Positions 36,001 to 48,192 of a stretch of DNA of 64,000 bases are shown piece after piece (position 1 is the first letter of the stretch; the number at the start of each line of letters is the position of its first letter). Location: the NCBI GenBank assembly GCA_052426225.1, contig JBNJNM010000021.1:1488001-1552000 (forward strand), in the 5' to 3' direction. The stretch comes from Zancudomyces culisetae HAW-14-8. Taxonomy: Eukaryota > Fungi > Kickxellomycota. The notes beneath the pieces are model-generated. The model saw only the letters and a list, made by a program, of their open reading frames with translations, made no database searches and was not told where the DNA came from. The position numbers and the translations under genes were made by a program.

Positions 36001-38551
36001 TGTAACTGAATTTAAGCGTCTGTAATCTGAACAGATTCTTATTCCACCGTTTTTTTTTCCATACAGTCACGACTGGAGAACACCAGTCTGACTGACAAGG
36101 CTCGATTATTCCAGCTTCCTTCATGCGATAGATCTCCTGTCTGACCATTTCTTTCATTGCATGCGGAACTCGGTATGGCCTTGACTTTACGGGTTTGTTG
36201 CCATCTGTTACAATTTCGTGTTCTACGACATTAGTGCTTGTTAGCTCTGACAGATCTTTTGCTAGGATGTCCTTGTTCTTTGATACTAATTCTCTGATTC
36301 TCTGATCCAAAATTTCCTCTTGATTATTGTTTTCCACTCTGCATACTTCTTTTGCAATTCCAATAAGCATTTCATTACTAGATTTGCATGCATCTTTATG
36401 CATTTCCAACGGTACCACCAGTTGCTCATGATTATATGGTAATAACAACTCCAGCGTATTCATATCTATTATAGCTCCATGCTTTTTGAGCCAATCGGTT
36501 CCCAGCACTAACGATTCATCCTTTCCCTCCATCAATAGCAGATTACCGTTAAACCTTTTGCCCATAATTTTAATAGGAACATTGGCGATCATGTTTGATA
36601 TATGATGATGCTGTCCGTCTGCAGTAAGTATCACCTCGTTAACTTGTACGTCCGCTTCCAACTTAAGTTTATTTGCCATTTGTCTTGTTACTACGCAGCA
36701 AGCGGCTCCAGTGTCAATTACCGCTTTACAGCTGATTGTTCCTACTGTTACTACTGCTTTGCAATTTGATGTTTCCTTGTTTTTTACTGTGCTTATATCC
36801 TTACTTGTACCAGCATTTTTGAATATTCTGCTAAGCTCATTTCTTACTATAGGTGCAGCTTTTATCAATTGTGATACTGATATGTTTGCTTTCATGTTAT
36901 CCAACTCTCTTTGTATAGAATAATCTTGGTTTGGCTGGTTGGCTTTCATTTCCATCATTGATTGTTTAGGTGCTTGTTTTTTTGGTAGTATATTCTTATT
37001 ATCTACTACTTCTGTCAGTGGTTGGTCAACATTACTGCTTTTAGGTATGGTCTCTGCATTTAAGTCATCTGTCAGTTTGATGGATTTTAGTTTTTCGGTG
37101 CGATCCTGTTCTAATAATCTGCGTTTTTCCACTATGTTTAATTCCTGCCACATTTTATCCAACACATAAACATCTGATATCTTAACTCCGGTCTCTGATG
37201 ATGCTGAAGGTGATATCTGCCTGTCTATGAATTGCAAAGTGTGTGGTTTAATACTTTGCCTTTCGTCATTATTCCTTAAGTTCCAAGGTCCTTTTGGGCA
37301 CTTAGAACTGTAGTGACCCTCTTCCCTACAGAAAAAACATGCATTTTTCCTTTGTAACTCTGCTTTTTCTTGTTCCGAAAGTCTCATTCTGCTCGGTTTC
37401 TTCACCGAATCCGTTTTGGTCTAAATGTTCTTTGGTTGTTTTCATTATGTACTTTTTCATTTCTTTAATTTCATTCATCATTTTCTTCATTTCTTTACCA
37501 TTTTCTTCATTTTCATTGTCATTAGTAATATTAATTTTGCATAGTTTGTCCATGTTTTCCTTTTCAGTTGCGACCCTAACTGCTTCATTGTATGTAGTTG
37601 CTCTTGATTTTATTATTTCTTCTTGAAATTCAGGTCTTAAGGAACTGATCAGGCATTTGAATTTTATTTCATTGTTGGTTGTATTTGATTTCTCAAATAG
37701 TAATTCTATCTTGAACAAGAAATCTTCTAGCTCCTCAGTACTGTTCTGTCTTAATAGCTGAAGCTCTCTCCATAATCTTATGTCTGATTCTACGCTGCTA
37801 AACTTCCTTATGAATTCATTCCTTAACTCAGGCCAAGTACCTACTCTAAGTCTTTCCCTTTCATACCATTTTAATGCCTTGCCATCCAAAAATAATTCCA
37901 TATAGTCAATTTGATCTTCTTCAGACCACTGTTCACTTCTTCCATACAGTTCATATCTTCTGGTCCATGTGGCAACGTTAATTCTGCTTTCTCCTGTGAA
38001 TAGTACTGGCTCCATAAGCTTTTTTGCTGCGGTAGAATTTCCAATCATTTTCTGCTTTATGTCAGCCTGGTCCTGGCTGGATCACCAAAATGTAGTATTT
38101 TTATTATTTGTATACTAGTGAATATTTATTTATTAAGTTTTATTATATATATAAAGTAATAAGATATTTTAATAATAGTTCGATGCCTCTTTCAAAAAGT
38201 GAAGAAAAGTTGGGGTTTATATAGTTTTTCTGTATGTCAACATTGTTTTGAAATCACTAACATGTTCTTCTGTTGTTCAAACATGTTTTATTAATTGATG
38301 CGTTTTTTATCTTTTCTACCCCTACATTTCTTATCATGTTAACAGTTCACTCAAAACAGCATCGTTACCCCGTGTTAACACACGTGGTTTGGTGTAATTT
38401 ATCCGCATGATAAATTACACTGATTTATTTTGAAACATATAAATGCGTTAATAAAATTAAATGATATTAATACTAATAATTAAACAAATGTATGGGGAAA
38501 AACCCAGTGGGAAAAAGTGCCCATACATATACTATAAAAACTAATACGACA
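33097..38551 (-). mobile_element. Full-length Ty3/Gypsy element F
   Basis: Apparently identical 461-bp LTRs 33097-33557 and 38091-38551; 4-bp TSD TAAG; PBS 38070-38087; PPT 33558-33568; 6 bp upstream of tRNA-Arg. Confidence 0.97.
33547..38048 (-). pseudogene. gag-pol: Gag-Pol of element F with two frameshifts (~37410 and the T run at ~36055)
   Basis: ORFs 37326-38048, 35957-37405, 33547-35916; CFFCREEGHYSSKC, IDTGAA, FIDD, IN. Confidence 0.9.
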
Positions 38552-38557
38552 TAAGTT

Positions 38558-38630
38558 GGTCGCGTGGCCTAATGGATAAGGCGTCAGACTTCGGATCTGA
38601 AGATTGTGGGTTCGAGTCCCATCGTGATCG
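38558..38630 (+). tRNA. tRNA-Arg(TCG)
   Basis: Canonical 73-nt cloverleaf; anticodon arm TCAGA-CT-TCG-GA-TCTGA; A and B boxes intact. Confidence 0.96.
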
Positions 38631-38981
38631 TAGGTATATACATATAATTTGTATTTTATTTTTTATTGATCTGATATTTGTTAATTTTTGCTATGGCTAA
38701 GATTAGATAGCACGGATGTAAAAACTAATATTTAAAATAATAGTTCAGATGTATTTATATTTGGATTATTCTTGCTATTATTAAGTAAATTTATATTATT
38801 AATATTCTTTAAACATAAATTTGTATAAAATTAATTCCTCTAAAATTATTATGGTAAGTACACGTTTATTACTAGTTATACATTTACAAAGTAATACTTT
38901 GTTTACTACACATCTTTAATCCTAAAAATGATTCAGTTTACATATTATATAAATATATTTCTATTTTTTATTCTACACATA

Positions 38982-40544
38982 CAGTGAGTTTCATAAATGT
39001 CTCAAAATATTGATATAATATATAAGTGTAATATCAAGATCTATAATATCCAGAAATTAAATTTATTTATATTATATATGCACAATTGATTTAATATATT
39101 TATATATAATTTGTAATATTATTTGTTTTAAATTCATTATGAAATTATTATTTGAAAAAATGTTAAAAATGAGAAAATTTTGGGAATATTGCTAAAAAAA
39201 AATTTAAAATATCATTACTTAATGAATTCTAATTTTAAATTTTTAAAACTTTTACATAATTTAATATATAACAACATTATACTAATCAAAAGTATAATTT
39301 TTATAAAAAATGATATCTGAACAACGTAAACTGGAAATACAAAACGCGTTACTTGAAGGCAGAAACATTGACCAAATCATTATAGAAAATGGAGTTAGTA
39401 AAGCAACTATATACAGAATTAAAGCAGCAATGAATATCAATTTACCGGCTAATAAACGCGGTCGTCCAGCGAAGCTTTCACCCAAAGCAAGCGTATATGT
39501 ACTAGGATGATATTATCTGGAGAGTATCGATCTGCTACTTCGATACAAAAGAAGTTAGAAATGGATAATGTTGTAATTGCTAGTAAGTCTACAATAAATA
39601 GGGCTTTTAATGATCTAAAAGCCGTTGCAAAAAAAAAGGTATCCAAACCGAAACTGAGCCTTAAAAATATTGCTAAAAGGTTGAGATTCGCAAAATCTCA
39701 TCGCCACTGGACTACTGATGATTGGAGACGAGTAATTTGGTCCGACGAAACTAAAATCAACCGATTTGGATCTGATGGAAATGAATGGACTTGGGTTCGT
39801 GATGGTGTGAGTCTACAGCCCCACAATATTAACCAGACCGTAAAACACGGTGGAGGATCATTAATGATTTGGGGATGCATCACAGCATTTGGAACTGGCT
39901 ACATGTGTCGAATAGAAGGAATGTTAAACAAGGAAGATTATTTAAACATTTTAAAAGACGAGCTTAGCAATACAATAAAGTACTACAAGTTGGATCCCAA
40001 GTCAATATTATTTCAACATGACAATGATCCTAAACATACCTCAAAGTTAGTTACATGCTGGCTTGAAAACCAGGAATATAATACATTGGACTGGCCACCA
40101 CAATCTCCAGACTTAAACCCAATCGAAACTATATGGGCAATCATCAAAAGACGCCTAAATAGATACAGTAAACCTCCGTCCGGGATGATCGAATTATGGG
40201 AGCGAATAGAATCGGAATGGAATTTAATTTCAGTGGAAACAATACTTGGTCTTATAGATAGTATGCCCAAAAGAGTTGAGGCAGTTATCAAGTTTAAAGG
40301 AAGATGGACAGAATTTTAAAGTTTTTATTTGAAATATTCCCAAAATTGTCTCATTTTTAAAATTTTTACAATTTATAATTTCATAATTAATTTTTAACCA
40401 ATAAAAATACAGTTTAATCATAATCTGAATATAACATTTGTGCATTATATAATATAAAAAACAATTAATTTCTGGATATTATTGAGCGAGATATTACAAT
40501 TTGCAAATTATTTTAATATTTTGTGACATTTTTGAAACTCACTG
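38982..40544 (+). mobile_element. Tc1 copy 2; transposase 39310-40319 with one frameshift at ~39481
   Basis: cagtgagtttca TIRs, TA TSD, DD34E motifs. Confidence 0.96.
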
Positions 40545-40546
40545 TA

Positions 40547-40722
40547 TATTTAACAATGATCTTGTGTATCAATATTTTTGTATAAGTAATTTATTAAAGA
40601 AATATTAATAATTTTAAACTTAAATTAAATATAATAATGTTACACATGAAATATCATAAAATTAATTAATAAATATTGTATTAAATATACAATATTGTTA
40701 TGAAACATATGTATTCATAACA
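40547..40722 (-). repeat. Partial LTR of the element C family
   Basis: Ends gtattcataaca; similar to 12240-12398 and 23030-23222. Confidence 0.7.
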
Positions 40723-41138
40723 ATTAGTTGATCAATCAAAAATATTAAAATATTAATATATTTACTATGAAAATTACTTAAGGATTTTCAATCGTATAAC
40801 CATACTACGACAATATAGTCACGATCATTATACTAGATCAGATTGCGTATTAAGAATATTTATTAATATATTTAGTTTAAAATTATAAACCGCTACTTAA
40901 TCCATTTTGAATATGATTTAACTGTAATGTTAAAATAATTGTAACGTTTATTTGAATTTTCAGTAATAAAGGATAAATAAAAAATATTTTTGCCAAAAAT
41001 CGGCATATTCAAATATTTCGGACATTCAAATTAGATAAGTATAGATAATATATAATGGTGTACTATGAATTAATTATTGTAAATCTTCGTTTATATATTG
41101 TAATAATCGTAGATGTATTAATTATATTATATATTTTA

Positions 41139-41560
41139 CAGCTAATGTTAGCTGAATTTTGTATAGCACTAATTATGTCAATTATACTCAGGTCTTGGAT
41201 CACTTCACTAGTTCTGTTTGCTGTATGAAGAATGTTTTAAATACCTTTTAATATTGATATAATACTAATATACAAATAAATAAACTATACCAGTAAAGAA
41301 CTATTATCCTTGATTAAGTATATATAAACGTATATATAAAGTATATTCTTGTTAAAAAGACTGATGAAGCTATTTTCGTTTCCGCTCTCGTTATAATCGG
41401 TTTGATAATCACTTAAATTTTAGATCATTTATACTATATTTTCAGCTAGCTCGCATAGGTAGTTATATTCTACATATTATATGATTTTAGATAGCAAAAA
41501 TATGTTGCCGTTATACCACAATATCAATTATTTCGATGTAAAACGATGTAACTAAGATCA
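41139..41560. repeat. Single arm of the foldback element seen at 56408
   Basis: ta-cagctaatg... homologous to 56408-56808. Confidence 0.7.
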
Positions 41561-41602
41561 ATACTATAAAACGGATAAAATATTATGAAGGTCACAAAAA
41601 TA

Positions 41603-41672
41603 TGCCGTTGCCTGGAATCGAACCAAGGTCGACGCGGCCACACGCGATGTACTGCCACTATACTACAACGGC
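41603..41672 (-). tRNA. tRNA-His(GTG) with a 6-nt anticodon loop (1-nt deletion)
   Basis: GCCGTTG acceptor stem, TTCGATT T loop, loop T-GTG-GC; T5 terminator downstream on minus strand. Confidence 0.88.
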
Positions 41673-41679
41673 TGTTGTG

Positions 41680-42312
41680 TGTTGTGTGTTGCCATGTTTA
41701 ACGTCCCATTTAGTGTTTTTTACACCAAATAACACACGGGACGGGTCATTTTACTTACCTTTTACTATATGCTGCGAATTATTATACAGTACTTTGGATT
41801 TTGCAAAAGAGGACATTTATTTAGTTAAACAAAAATTTCAATTTTATACAATAAAATCTACAAAAAATCTAACTAAAAATTACAAAACACAATTAACCAA
41901 TGGAAATGTTTCACCTATTGTAGGCATACAACATGTGTTGTCGAATAAACAGCTTTCCCTATTGTTTATTCTTATTCTGATTATTAATGTATTTAAAACT
42001 ACTACTATATTGTATATTTATTTATAATGTTGTACTTATAGTATATAATGTAGCTAGACACCATATTATTTTGTTGAAAGATAAAATTTATTTTGAATGA
42101 AGTGGGGGATTCCTTTTACCCCCGATTTCTGATATAAAACTATGAAACTATAACTTAAACTAACTAACTAATAATCGTTGGACAAAAACCACAAGGGGAA
42201 AAAGGTCCAATCTAAAAATAAAGATAACCTATAAAAATCAATAACTAGATAGATAAAAATTGAGATGATAAATCTCAATCAATTTTAGTTCCCATCGTAT
42301 TATTATACGACA
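41680..42312. repeat. Two solo LTRs: 41680-41933 (TSD TGTG) and 41939-42312 (TSD GTGT)
   Basis: TG...CA ends, perfect 4-bp TSDs, homologs at 53518 and 32768. Confidence 0.88.
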
Positions 42313-42316
42313 GTGT

Positions 42317-45300
42317 TGTTGTATAATTAAATTTTACTTATAATTATTTATATTTTTCATATTTATATATGTATAATATGTATCGTATAATTATTGTTAT
42401 AAATTATAAACTTAGTTGAAACTATTAGAAACTTAATATAAACATCTGGAGTTGATCATAACTATTTATTTACTACTATAAAGCTTGTATGATAGTATGA
42501 TATTTATTTCCTTATGCAATAACTAACCCTTTAAATACTTTTCCTAGTATTATAAATATACTAATAACTAACTATTGAACTAATACTAACTAAATAAACT
42601 AATACTGAAATAATTTAAATGAGTAATAAACTAATACTCTTAGAAAATACATCAATGAACCAGTTTCATTGAATACTAAAAAAACTAAAACTAAAAGTAT
42701 ATTAATAATTTAATTATTTCACTTGATGATAAACATATAATATTAGTTTATCACCAAGGGTTCATGTCACTATATGACAGTACCCTCCTCTTTAAGCGTG
42801 GATGCCCTCATCCTGCGCTTTCTGCCTGAATCTGCGTAGTTTGGATTTTAAAGTGATCGTAACTTCTGGTATCATATATGTACTCGTATTATATTGCTTT
42901 AATATATCGCCGTGTACTAAGTCTCTGTTACCGAACTGATCGCTGATTATGTAAGTTCCTTTATCTAATCTGTTTTCCACTTTATAAGGTCCCTCCCAAA
43001 CTCTTTCTAGCTTAGCCTGTTCATACTCTATCAACTTCAAAACAAAATCTCCAATTTTAAAATTATATCTCTCTACTTTACGATTATACCTTACTTCATC
43101 GTACTTTTTAGCCTTTACCGAGCCTTTTATTCCTAATTCTCTTATCTGTGGTAAATCCTCTTTTATTAGTTGAATTCTGTTTTTAAATTCCTCTTCTTCA
43201 TTTTCGTTTGTACCGTTAGGTTTCCATGTTGATGGTATTTCCATTTGTATTCCATATAGCATTTCTGCAGGCGAGTATCCCGTTGATTTATTTTTCATTG
43301 TTCTTAATACTAACATGGTTTTCCATAAATGTGAATCCCAATTGCTTTTATCCAACATACACTGTTTTTGTAATATATTTACCACTGTCCTATTGAGTCT
43401 CTCTACTTGACCATTACTCTGTGGACGGTAAGGTGTTGTAGGAGCATGTCTTAATCCTAACCAATTGTAAACTTCTGTTGTCGCATCGCTAATAAATCCT
43501 GGTCCCCTGTCCGTTATAATTCTTTGAGGTACTCCATATTCAGTTATAATATAGTTGATTAAGAAGTCAATAATTGTTTCGCTTTGAATGTTTTTTACCG
43601 GAACTGCAATCGGCCATTTAGTACAGTAATCGATTGCCGTAAGAATAAATCGGTTTCCTGATGTCGTTTCTGGAGTAAAAGGTCCGATAGCATCCATTCC
43701 AATTATTTCGAATGGTTTTCTTGCAATGATTGGTACAAGTGGAAACTTTTTCGTTCTACCATCTTTATATAGCTGACAGATGTGGCAGCACTTCACTATC
43801 TCATAAACATCTTTATATAAATTATGTCCACAGTATATTGCACTTACTCTGTTCCACGTATTTTCAATGCCTTCGTGTGCAGCATTGTGGATTTCATTTA
43901 CAACATCTTTAACATTTTGCTCATGTAATACTTCCTTTAAAATATTTTTTACTCTTTTAAATTACTTTCCGTTTTTTAAACGATATTGGCGCGATTTATT
44001 TCTTATTTTTTTTCTGTATTGTTCGCTACTATTACTAGGATAAGATAAATCCGCTAAATATTGTCTAACTGCATCGTATTCAACATATTCCATCGCAAAC
44101 ACATCCAGTTCTTTGTTATTCTCGTGCACATTGTCTACTAATCTTGATAATCCGTCTGCGGGATTAAACTTACCAGGAAGGTGTTCTATTTCGAAATCAT
44201 AATTTCTTAAAATCATCGCCCATCTAGCGATCCTACCTGTTATTTCTGGTCCATTAAAAATTTGTATCAATGATTTGTGATCTGTTCTGATTTTAAATTT
44301 TCTTCCCCAAACATAATACTTGAATTTTTTCACAGCCCATACCACGGCAAGAGCTTCTAAATGTGATATTGAATAATTTTTTTCTGCACTGTTAGTTGTT
44401 CTGCTAGCGAATTCAATAACCACTTCAGATCCCTTTTCTCCCTGTGATAAAACCGCACCAATTCCTAATATAGAAGCATCCGTTGTTATAACAAATTCTT
44501 TTTGCCAGTCGGGGTGTCCTAATATCGGAGCTGTTGTAAGTAGTTCTTTTAAATCTTCTACTGCTTTATCCTGCTTTTCTCCCCAATCCCATTTCTCGTT
44601 TTTTTTTAATAACTTTGTGATAGGGCTCGCAACTTTTGCGTAATTGGGTATATATCTTCTATAGTATCCTGTTAACCCTAACAGTGATTGTATTTCTTTA
44701 ATTGACTTTGGTGTTTTCACATTTTGAATTGCTTCGATCTTTTTTGGTCTCGTACCTATTCCTTTATCCGATATCGTATGTCCTAAGTACTCGATTTCCC
44801 TAAGTCCTATACTGCATTTGTTTTTATGTAATTGAATTTTATGAATTTTTAATAAATTTAATACATCTTTTAAATCTTCAGCATGTTCTTCTTCTGTACG
44901 TGAATATACTATAATATCATCAATAAATACCACCGCCTTTTTCCATAAAACTGGTTTCAACACCATCTCCATTGTTCTCTGAAAGGTAGCCGGACTATTC
45001 GTTAAACCGAAAGGCATAACGTTATAGCGATAACTACCGCTTCCTGGAAGTGCAAACGTAGTTTTATCCTTGTCGTGTTCACTCATGCGTATTTGCCAGA
45101 ACCCGCTTAACGCATCAAGTGAACTAAATATTGCTGATCCAGATAGTGCCATAAACAGATCTTGTATAACCGGTAAGGGTTAGCAGTCCCTTTTTTGTTA
45201 TTTTATTTAGATGTCTGTAATCTGCGCATACTCTTAATTTTCCATCTTTTTTGTGTACAATAACTACCGGTGAGCACCACTCGGCATTACTAGGTTCGAT

Positions 45301-47719
45301 TATTCCTTGTTGCAACATTTTCTGTAACTCGACTTCGACATTTTCCTGCAATCTGTACGGAATCCGGTATGGTCTTAATTTGATAGGTGTATTTTCAGTC
45401 ACCTCTATTCTGTGTTCAGATACATTTGTTTGTTGTAACTCAGAAATATCCTCTACAAAAAGTTCGTTATATTCTTCAAGTACTTTTTGTATACTCGTAT
45501 TTTGTATTTCGTTTATTCCTTTTGGCTTTTCTTTAATCATTAAATATATTTCAGACTCTTCTTCAATAGATATATTTGATGTAACAAGCCTGGTTATGAC
45601 TTCAGCATTTTCGATTGGGAATCTTATCTCAGGTATTCTTAAGTTTATAGATGCTTTATGCTGTATTAACCAATCTGTACCTAATATCAGAGTACCATCA
45701 TTTTTGTTCATAACTATTAGATTAGCAGGAAATATGTAAGAAGCAATCTTAACAGGTATCTTGTTAACTTTTCCCAATGCTGCATGTCTTTTACCATCAG
45801 CGGTAACTATAACTTGGTTGATATTTTCATCAACATTCAACCCCCAATCTTCAACCATACTACTAGATACTACTGAGCACGCTGCTCCTGTATCTACCAC
45901 TGCTAATATATTTTGACCAAATATTTGTACTTGAGCTTTACAGTTTGTTACTTTTTTAGGTTGAAGTTGTATTTCATTTATCTCAGCTGTATTAGATTTA
46001 TCACATATACTAACCAGCTCTGCAGTTAAACCAGGTGAACTGTTTAACAATTGTATCAAACTTATCTTTGGATATATTTTATCCAACTCTTCTTTTAATG
46101 AAAACTTTTTTGTACCATCAGTTATCTTATTTATGTATCTCTTATATACTTGAGCTTTTAATGGAGTATTTTCATTTATTTTTCCTACATCTTTATTGAT
46201 ATCTGAAGTATTGGTACTTTCAGAACTATCTAAAGGTGTTGCTGCTGTATTTATTCTTTTATTAGCTCTTTTTTCTGAAGTTATATCTCTAAAATCACTT
46301 TTTCTTTTTTCAACTGCAAATAATTCTTGGCCTTGACAATCCTCTGTTCTTACCAATTCAATATAGTTTACATTTGTTCCTGTTTAACACTTTGTTCGTC
46401 ATTTTGCAATGATTTCCACTTTTTGCATTCAAATTTTCTGTGACCATCTTCATGGCAGAAATAACACTTGTAAACCTGTGCAGAACCTAAATTGTAAGTT
46501 TTTAGTTTCTTTTCAACAACTTCATCTACTTTCGCTAATAAATTTACACTTAGTTCTTCAAATTTCCTGATCATGGCTGCATAGGGTTCCTTGTCCTTGG
46601 ACATATCCTTTATTGCCCTACCCTGTTTACTTGCTGCATTCCTGGTAATTTCTTTGAACTTAGTAACTCTTTCTTTTCCTTCTGTCTTCCTATATATTCC
46701 TTGCTCAGCCCTTTCAAGATTGGATATGTACTTAATTACTTTGTCCCAATTCTTGTAACCAGATTCTTCGAGTTTCTCTTTAAACTCATCCTTCAAAGTA
46801 CTAACTAGTAAGTCCAACTTAATCTCATCTTTAACAATTCCTGCTTTTTCGCATAAAAGCTCCAGCTCATATTCAAGCTCTTCAATACTGTTATAGTCGG
46901 AGTGTTTAATTGTTCTTAACTTATCCCATATTTGACTCTTGGTTTCTTTGGCTCTAAACTTTTCAATAAACAGCTTACTGAACGTATCCCAATCTGTGAA
47001 TAAACCCTTATTCTTCTTATACCAAATGGCTTCCTTCTTGCCAAGGTATAACTTCACGAGATCAATCCAATCCTGTTCTTCCCAACTGTTCTGTTTTGCC
47101 ACCAAACGATAATTTTCCGCCCAGTCCTCGGGATTAGTACCTTTATCTGATTCAAATGTTTTTGGAGTAATCATTTTGTACTCTTATTGACTTATTTTTG
47201 AATATATATTATCTTCTTGTTATTATCTCTAGGTATATGCCTAGCTGGGAGCGCCACTGATGTATAATTAAATTTTACTTATAATTATTTATATTTTTCA
47301 TATTTATATATGTATAATATGTATCGTATAATTATTGTTATAAATTATAAACTTAGTTGAAACTATTAGAAACTTAATATAAACATCTGGAGTTGATCAT
47401 AACTATTTATTTACTACTATAAAGCTTGTATGATAGTATGATATTTATTTCCTTATGCAATAACTAACCTTTAAATACTTTTCCTAGTATTATAAATATA
47501 CTAATAACTAACTATTGAACTAATACTAACTAAATAAACTAATACTGAAATAATTTAAATGAGTAATAAACTAATACTCTTAGAAAATACATCAATGAAC
47601 CAGTTTCATTGAATACTAAAAAAACTAAAACTAAAAGTATATTAATAATTTAATTATTTCACTTGATGATAAACATATAATATTAGTTTATCACCAAGGG
47701 TTCATGTCACTATATGACA
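42317..47719 (-). mobile_element. Full-length Ty3/Gypsy element G with disrupted gag-pol (42792-47174)
   Basis: Near-identical LTRs 42317-42779 and 47258-47719; PBS 47239-47256; PPT; flanks GTGT/GAGT; ORF split into four pieces. Confidence 0.95.
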
Positions 47720-47723
47720 GAGT

Positions 47724-48188
47724 TGTTGACGAAAATACAGATTCACTATTTTCGTATTGCTTTTGTAAATATATTCTAATTATAACTAACTATCCTATGT
47801 GCTATTCTTTGTAGTTTTCAAAATAAAAGTTATACACTTATTGTATATAGACCAAACCTTTTGTTATATTTTTATTTGATAATGTTTTCATAGCTAGTTT
47901 CCTAGCCCTATTTATACTTTTAATTAAATGACTATTATATACTTGAAAACTAAATATATACTTAAACTTAAAACATAAACTAAATATTAATAATAAACCT
48001 GAATGTTGCTGTAGAAAAAATCCAGAAGGATAAAAAAAAACTAGGCAACACATAATATACTAAATAACCTATAATAAATATTTACTTATATTAATTGATA
48101 AACCTAAATATTAATATATAGAAATAAATATGTAATTGGTAAGTTATAATTAATAATGTCTAGAGGTAGCTCTAGCCACTATATAACA
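47724..48188. repeat. Solo LTR
   Basis: tgttgac...tataaca, flanks GAGT/GTGT. Confidence 0.75.
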
Positions 48189-48192
48189 GTGT

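Noticed and set aside
35957-37420. Programmed frameshifts in element F (also G, H and internal pol of D)
   Set aside because: Breaks are at non-homologous positions, often in homopolymers or inside enzyme domains; mutation or sequencing indel is more likely.
41602-42027. 141-aa ORF, and the similar ORF 56124-56402
   Set aside because: They run across tRNA genes and LTR junctions; no protein features.
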